NCBI RefSeq assembly: GCF_035285525.1
Contig: NZ_JAYKGW010000042.1
Coordinates: forward strand, 1 to 32,000
DNA length: 32,000 bases
Source: Okeania sp.
GTDB lineage: Bacteria > Cyanobacteriota > Cyanobacteriia > Cyanobacteriales > Microcoleaceae
Direction of reading: 5' to 3'
Shown: piece after piece, positions 27,399-32,000 of the stretch
Numbering within the stretch: position 1 is the stretch's first letter
How the letters are laid out: every line of letters starts with the position of its first letter
Translations under genes and position numbers: made by a program
Notes under the pieces: generated by a model
Database searches by the model: none
What the model was told of the DNA's origin: nothing
The model's input: only the letters and a program-made list of their open reading frames with translations

Positions 27399-28010
27399 GT
27401 ATCAAGTATCCCCTTCAATATTCAATAGGGAATAAAAAATGTTCGATTCAGTATTTCCAACTATCAACTTCAGCACTAATAACTGATAACTGATAACTGA
27501 AATAGGGTGCTGTAAATGGCAAGTATTATCAAACTAACTGTTGAGGATTATCAATTATTACATATTTTTTATAAGCATTCATAAAACTAAATTTCCCCAA
27601 ATAAGGTATAAAATATCAAGTATCCCCTTCGATATTCAATAGGGGATAAAAAATCTTCGATTCAGTATTTCCAACTATCAACTTCAGCACTGATAACTGA
27701 TAACTTTTAACTAATTTAAAAATCAAATATCCCCTTCAATAAAAAAATGTTCGATAATCTTCGATTCAGTATTTCCAACTATCAACTTCAGCACTGATAA
27801 CTGAAAAATTAAATATCCCCTATTCAAGGGTATAAAATCAGTATTTCCAACAGCTAACTTCAGCACTAATAACTGATAACTTTTAACTGATAACTGAAAA
27901 ATTAAATATCCCCTATTCAAGGGTATAAAATCAGTATTTCCAACAGCCAACTTCAGCACTAATAACTGATAACTAAAAAATTAAATATCCCCTTCATTAT
28001 CGGTTAAATT
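27399..28010. repeat. Modular repeat array with 5-6 units (spacing 72-214 bp). Each unit is an (A/G)TATCCCC hairpin module, a 29-nt core CAGTATTTCCAAC....AACTTCAGCACT, and 1-3 ATAACTG heptamers.
   Basis: Cores start at 27449, 27663, 27767, 27839 and 27932. TATCCCC modules are at 27406, 27620, 27727, 27813, 27905 and 27985. The units starting at 27811 and 27901 are near-identical tandem duplicates. Confidence 0.9.
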
Positions 28011-28121
28011 AACTCCTTAATATTCAATACAGTTCAGTTAAAAATAAAATCAATTATTTCCTCCTATTGTGTAGGGAGGTTCCATGAACGTCCCTACCTA
28101 CTCCCCCTTGTCTAAAAAAGT

Positions 28122-29240
28122 CTATTCTTCAATTTGCCATAAATCTTTAATAACCTCTCGATCAAAAATCTTTTTAGGTCTTAATGCCAACAAAATTCTC
28201 CCAAGTAAAGGTACATTAGGTTCCTCATCAAACCACTGCATTACTATTTTACCCTCTTGGTCTATAATAAAATATCCATCCTCATGCCATTGACGTTGAC
28301 TTCTATCTATAATTAATAAAACTTCTTCATTAGTACCAGGTATCGGAGTAGGCAAGCGATCACTATTTTCAATTATTACCACTGGAGCTTCAGCTTGCAT
28401 CACAACTCGCCATCCAGGTATCCCTACCCAAGCACCTGCTCCACCAGAAAACTTAACTATATTAAAAGGTTCTACCTCTTCCACCAGAGGTACTGCCTTA
28501 AAATCTTCTGTATTGAGTGGTAATTTTCCAATAACTGGTAAAATACGAGGTAACTCCTCTTCTTGCTCCAGTCGATAAACTGGTAAACGAGGAGCTGGCC
28601 TCTGGGAAACAACCGTAAAATCAGTTAATAATTTCTCTAACTGTTTTCTAGCTGTTTGACTATCTGCTAACTTAAGACCTTTGGCAATGAGACGAGACCT
28701 ATGTTGTAAATCATTTTGCTGCCTAGCTTGTTTCCAACATTGATATGCTACTATATCTCCGGGAGAATCAGAAAATCCTTCTGGTATTACTTTCATCCGA
28801 GCAAAATCTTTCATAGCTTTGGCTACATCTTTAGCATCATCCGCATCTAGATTATGAGTAACTAGAAACTCTGTGGCAATAATTCTTTGTTCCTGAGTTA
28901 AAATTCTTAATTCGTAGAGAATATCACTACCGGATTTCTCAAAACGTGATATGATTTTTTGTTGACTTGATGGTAAAGAATTTCCCTCAGTCTTAGCATT
29001 AACAATACTTGTATATACTTGAGACCCAACTATTACTTGATTTTGATGTATTGGTTCAAATCCTGTTTCCTCAAATATTTGCTGAGAAGTATATCCAGCC
29101 TTTTGTAGAGTAGCACAAGCATTTCCCCATTCTACCCAATTACCTTCTTTACGACGTAGTAAAACAATTAAGTTTTCTGCATCTACTGAGTTTGTTGATT
29201 TTTGTTGCGAGTTAGAAGATTTTTGTGGTGTTTCAGTCAT
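28122..29240 (-). CDS. raf1: RuBisCO accumulation factor 1 (Raf1).
   Basis: 372-aa ORF. The N-terminal block LLRRKEGNWVEWGNACATLQKAGYTSQQIFEETGFEPIHQNQVIVGSQVY is the signature I associate with cyanobacterial Raf1. The length and the C-terminal beta-domain (..DEEPNVPLLGRILLALRPK..) are consistent. Confidence 0.85.
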   Translation of the reverse strand: MTETPQKSSNSQQKSTNSVDAENLIVLLRRKEGNWVEWGNACATLQKAGYTSQQIFEETGFEPIHQNQVIVGSQVYTSIVNAKTEGNSLPSSQQKIISRFEKSGSDILYELRILTQEQRIIATEFLVTHNLDADDAKDVAKAMKDFARMKVIPEGFSDSPGDIVAYQCWKQARQQNDLQHRSRLIAKGLKLADSQTARKQLEKLLTDFTVVSQRPAPRLPVYRLEQEEELPRILPVIGKLPLNTEDFKAVPLVEEVEPFNIVKFSGGAGAWVGIPGWRVVMQAEAPVVIIENSDRLPTPIPGTNEEVLLIIDRSQRQWHEDGYFIIDQEGKIVMQWFDEEPNVPLLGRILLALRPKKIFDREVIKDLWQIEE

Positions 29241-29572
29241 AATTTATAACGCACTTTTTTTTATTGGCAAATACTATAGAATACACTTCTGAAGATTTAA
29301 TCGCAACTATATATGCCATTAATTTTTCCCAACTTCCATGTAGCCAAGGTATCTTACCTGTTATAACCGTACCAGAGCCTTGATCAAATCGGGTGTGTCT
29401 TACTGACTATAAATATTCTGGACAAAATAAAAAAATTAGCTTCGTAAAGTAGTAAAGTAAAATCTGGTAATTACTATATAATTATTATTTCAAACCAAAT
29501 ATTTATTTTTAATTAATAAACATAATTACTATTAATGGTACTTTAGAAATACAATTGAGGGGGTTTGTTTGA

Positions 29573-30526
29573 ATGGAAGCAATTCCTCAACAGTTAGATA
29601 AAATTAAAATTCAACTGATGAACCTGACCAGAAAAAAGAAACCTAAAATGTTGGTAGTAGATGATGAACCAGATAACCTGGACTTGCTCTACCGCACCTT
29701 TCGACGAGATTTTAGTGTTCTCAAAGCTGAAAGTGGAATTAAGGCTTTGGAAATTTTGGCCTCAGAAGGGGAAGTGGCTGTGATTGTATCCGATCAACGG
29801 ATGCCAGAAATGAAAGGCACAGAATTTTTAAGTAAAACTTTGCCCCAGTTCCCTAATACAGTCAGAATTATTCTCACTGGATTTACTGATATAGAAGATT
29901 TGGTTGATGCAATAAATTCTGGACAAGTATACAAATATATTACTAAGCCTTGGGATCCAAATGAGCTTAAAGGAATTGTCAAAACCGCTGCTCATACTTA
30001 TGAACTTTTGAATCAACGTACTGAATATTTAGAAAAGTTCCAAACTCAATTGGATTTGTTAAATACAGTTGTTAATATATCTCAGAAGTATAGCAGTATA
30101 AAACAAGCTCTTACAGAAATCGTAGATATCTATAGTAAAAGTTTTTCTACAGATATATGTATTTTACAGTTAATTGAGAATAATAATTTAAGTTCTACTA
30201 TAGGAATAAGTAATAAGCTGGGTCAACAGGTTGATAACTGTTTGGCTGATGACCCTCTGGCAATGGAGGCGATCGCTTCTGGGAATGTACAATTTGTGAT
30301 GAATGTTTCTCAGGATACTAAGTTTTCTGATGTTTCCCATTATCAAATTTCAGGAATAGAGACTCATCTGGTTATTCCCATTTCCTATCGGGAAAAGCTT
30401 CTGGCTTTGATGTCCTTGCAATGGCAAAAACTTAGTAAACTTGAACCAGAAGAAATTAGTACAATTAAAATATCAGTTCAATTACTGACACTAGCTTTGA
30501 ATAGCTTTAGCACAACTGAAGACTAA
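29573..30526 (+). CDS. Response regulator with an N-terminal receiver (REC) domain and a C-terminal GAF-like domain.
   Basis: MLVVDDEPDNLDLL...VIVSDQRMPEMKGTEFL...ILTGFTD...KYITKPWDPNEL are the REC motifs (DD, phospho-accepting D, T, K). The ~150-aa C-terminal part (..DICILQLIENN...HLVIPISYREKLLALMSLQW) is GAF-like. Confidence 0.9.
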   Translation: MEAIPQQLDKIKIQLMNLTRKKKPKMLVVDDEPDNLDLLYRTFRRDFSVLKAESGIKALEILASEGEVAVIVSDQRMPEMKGTEFLSKTLPQFPNTVRIILTGFTDIEDLVDAINSGQVYKYITKPWDPNELKGIVKTAAHTYELLNQRTEYLEKFQTQLDLLNTVVNISQKYSSIKQALTEIVDIYSKSFSTDICILQLIENNNLSSTIGISNKLGQQVDNCLADDPLAMEAIASGNVQFVMNVSQDTKFSDVSHYQISGIETHLVIPISYREKLLALMSLQWQKLSKLEPEEISTIKISVQLLTLALNSFSTTED

Positions 30527-30544
30527 AAATTTTGACCGTATTCT

Positions 30545-31246
30545 ATGATTAATAATTCTACAGAAGTCCAGGCCATATTTAACAAAATTGCTCCAGTTTA
30601 TGACCAACTAAATGATTTATTGAGTTTGGGTATACATAAAAGTTGGAAACAAATGGCTGTAATCTGGAGTGAGGCTAGTTATGGTGATACTTCTCTAGAT
30701 TTGTGTTGTGGTAGTGGAGATTTAGCTTGGATGTTGGCTAAGTCTGTCGGAAGTACAGGCCGGGTTTTTGGGGTCGATTTTTCTGTGGAGCAGTTGGCGA
30801 TCGCTCGTAACCGACGACCCCCTTTATGGGATCAGGTTAGTTCTATTGATTGGATCAAGGCGGATGTTTTGAGTCTGCCTTTTGCTGATAATTATTTCGA
30901 TTGTGCTACGATGGGATATGGTTTGCGTAATGTCTCAAATATTCCCTATTGTTTACAAGAGTTACATCGAGTCCTTAAACCTAATGCTAAGGCAGCAATT
31001 CTAGATATGCACCGTCCTAGTAGTTCGGCTCTAAGAGGATTTCAACAGTGGTACTTGGATACGGTTGTAGTTCCAATAGCTAGTAATTTGGGGTTAACTG
31101 AGGAATATGCTTATATTAATCCTAGTCTAAATAAATTTCCTACAGGATTAAAGCAAATTGACTTAGCACATAAAGCTGGATTTGTCAATTGTAAACATTA
31201 CCCTATTTTCGGGGGAATGATGGGAATATTAGTAATTACAAAATAG
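30545..31246 (+). CDS. menG: Demethylphylloquinone/demethylmenaquinone methyltransferase (UbiE/MenG family, SAM-dependent).
   Basis: FNKIAPVYDQLNDLLSLGIHKSWK, the SAM motif LDLCCGSGDLA, then DVLSLPFADNYFDCATMGYGLRNV and LKPNAKAAILD. Confidence 0.93.
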   Translation: MINNSTEVQAIFNKIAPVYDQLNDLLSLGIHKSWKQMAVIWSEASYGDTSLDLCCGSGDLAWMLAKSVGSTGRVFGVDFSVEQLAIARNRRPPLWDQVSSIDWIKADVLSLPFADNYFDCATMGYGLRNVSNIPYCLQELHRVLKPNAKAAILDMHRPSSSALRGFQQWYLDTVVVPIASNLGLTEEYAYINPSLNKFPTGLKQIDLAHKAGFVNCKHYPIFGGMMGILVITK

Positions 31247-31375
31247 ACATTTCCAGAAAGTAGAGAGTGAACCTCAGACTAAAGTCAGAGGCTTGAAATA
31301 CTGAGTTAAATATTTTCCATCCCCTTAAAAAGGCAGGCTTTAGACCTAATTTTTTTGGTAAGTAAGAAAGTTTCT
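31243..31375 (+). repeat. Family P left half (TAGACATTTCCAGAAAG) fused to family S element copy 2.
   Basis: AGAGAGTGAACCTCAGACTAAAGTCAGAGGCTTGAAATACTGA... aligns with 19093-19215. Confidence 0.7.
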
Positions 31376-31424
31376 TAACCTTTTGCCAAAATAATAAAAG
31401 CAGAAAATTTTTTTATACATTTTT

Positions 31425-31744
31425 CTAGGGCGTGTCATCAATTAAATAAGTTGACAAAAAGGCTATTCTCTGTTAAGTAAAAATGGCGCTCGCGGTTGGG
31501 TAGGTTCAGATACAGGGTAGCATACCTGAAATTGTTCGGTCGGTAGGGGCGGGTTTCTCCGTAGGGACGTTTCGCTACGCGACATGAAACGCATTTTTGT
31601 TATGCAAAGTCCGTACAATGAACGATTTTCAAAAGTCGAGTTAGATAAACCCGCCCCCCAATGATGTAATGAACAGTTTTAGCTTTGTCAGTCCACTACT
31701 TTTGTTAATAAAGCTTCTAACATCTAATTAATGACATACCCTAG
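31425..31744 (+). mobile_element. Family A TIR-bounded non-coding element, copy 2 (320 bp).
   Basis: CTAGGGCGTGTCATCAATTA ... TAATTAATGACATACCCTAG. It is collinear with 9252-9546 apart from a ~25-30 nt indel in the centre. Confidence 0.8.
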
Positions 31745-31781
31745 AAATTTTTTTATCAATTCCTGATTCTAGATTTGTAAT

Positions 31782-31814
31782 AATTTAGAATTTAGAATTT
31801 AGAATTTAGAATTG
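31782..31814. repeat. Heptamer array (AATTTAG) x4.5.
   Basis: Read directly. Confidence 0.9.
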
Positions 31815-32000
31815 AAGCAACTATTAAGTTGGTGTGGTTCACAAATAATCTATATCCTTCCGACTTTCCATAGACCTTTTAGCCTGAATGCTTATCTAGA
31901 TTTTACAGCAAATTTTCAACATAAGAAGTACAAATATTAATGTTAAAACTCTTGTAATACAGCCTTCTAGGCTGTCAAAATTGTACCTAAATAATATGCA

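Noticed and set aside
27441-27460. tRNA T-loop-like GTTCGATTC in the repeat units (and a general scan for tRNA or rRNA genes).
   Set aside because: No flanking acceptor or T-stem complementarity and no cloverleaf can be drawn. I found no tRNA, rRNA or tmRNA signature anywhere in the window.
27723-27959. 78-aa minus-strand ORF (MLKLAVGNTDFIPLNRGYLIFQLSV... repeated).
   Set aside because: It is the translation of the tandem units of the 27399-28010 array. Its internal repeats mirror the DNA repeats, and it has no independent coding signal.
16388-28010. CRISPR arrays, considered for the 16388-16625 and 27399-28010 repeat clusters.
   Set aside because: The would-be spacers are either heptamer runs or are themselves repeated between units. 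Unit spacing is irregular, and no cas genes are in the window.

Overview
This is a low-GC chromosomal segment with the hallmarks of a heterocyst-forming (Nostocales-type) cyanobacterium. I count 9 copies of the HIP1 octamer GCGATCGC. Heptanucleotide STRR arrays (CAGTTAT, GGGAGTA, GGAAGAA, TTCCCTA, AATTTAG) fill almost every intergenic spacer, and several families of small hairpin or MITE-like repeats are nested among them. Gene content is mostly housekeeping. In order along the window: the 3' 4.2 kb of a giant adhesin (tandem cadherin-like repeats plus an RTX module), glgP, a three-PPC-domain protein, a decayed group II intron reverse transcriptase, and a group 2 sigma-70 factor. Then come cobO, a TPR protein, a sensor histidine kinase with an upstream PstS-like binding protein, an acyl-CoA dehydrogenase-family gene, and a decayed Uma2-family nuclease gene. 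The last third holds an SLC13 permease / Usp-like operon facing a cysC that carries an in-frame TAA, then raf1, a REC-GAF response regulator and menG/ubiE. I do not see a convincing new multi-gene protein system: there are no cas genes, no intact RT, no restriction-modification, toxin-antitoxin or other defence-island hallmarks. The signals most worth a second look are non-coding or structural. (a) A 295-320 bp TIR-bounded element in two copies, with a stem whose substitutions preserve pairing. (b) A ~600-bp modular repeat array between cysC and raf1. (c) A 311-bp tandem duplication that re-copies the promoter and start of the dead Uma2 gene. (d) Inverted composite heptamer arrays bracketing the usp-SLC13-cysC module. 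(e) cysC with an in-frame stop and an altered LDGD motif. (f) A 1872-bp higher-order repeat in the adhesin gene. All functional calls rest on motif recognition by eye, since no database search was possible.
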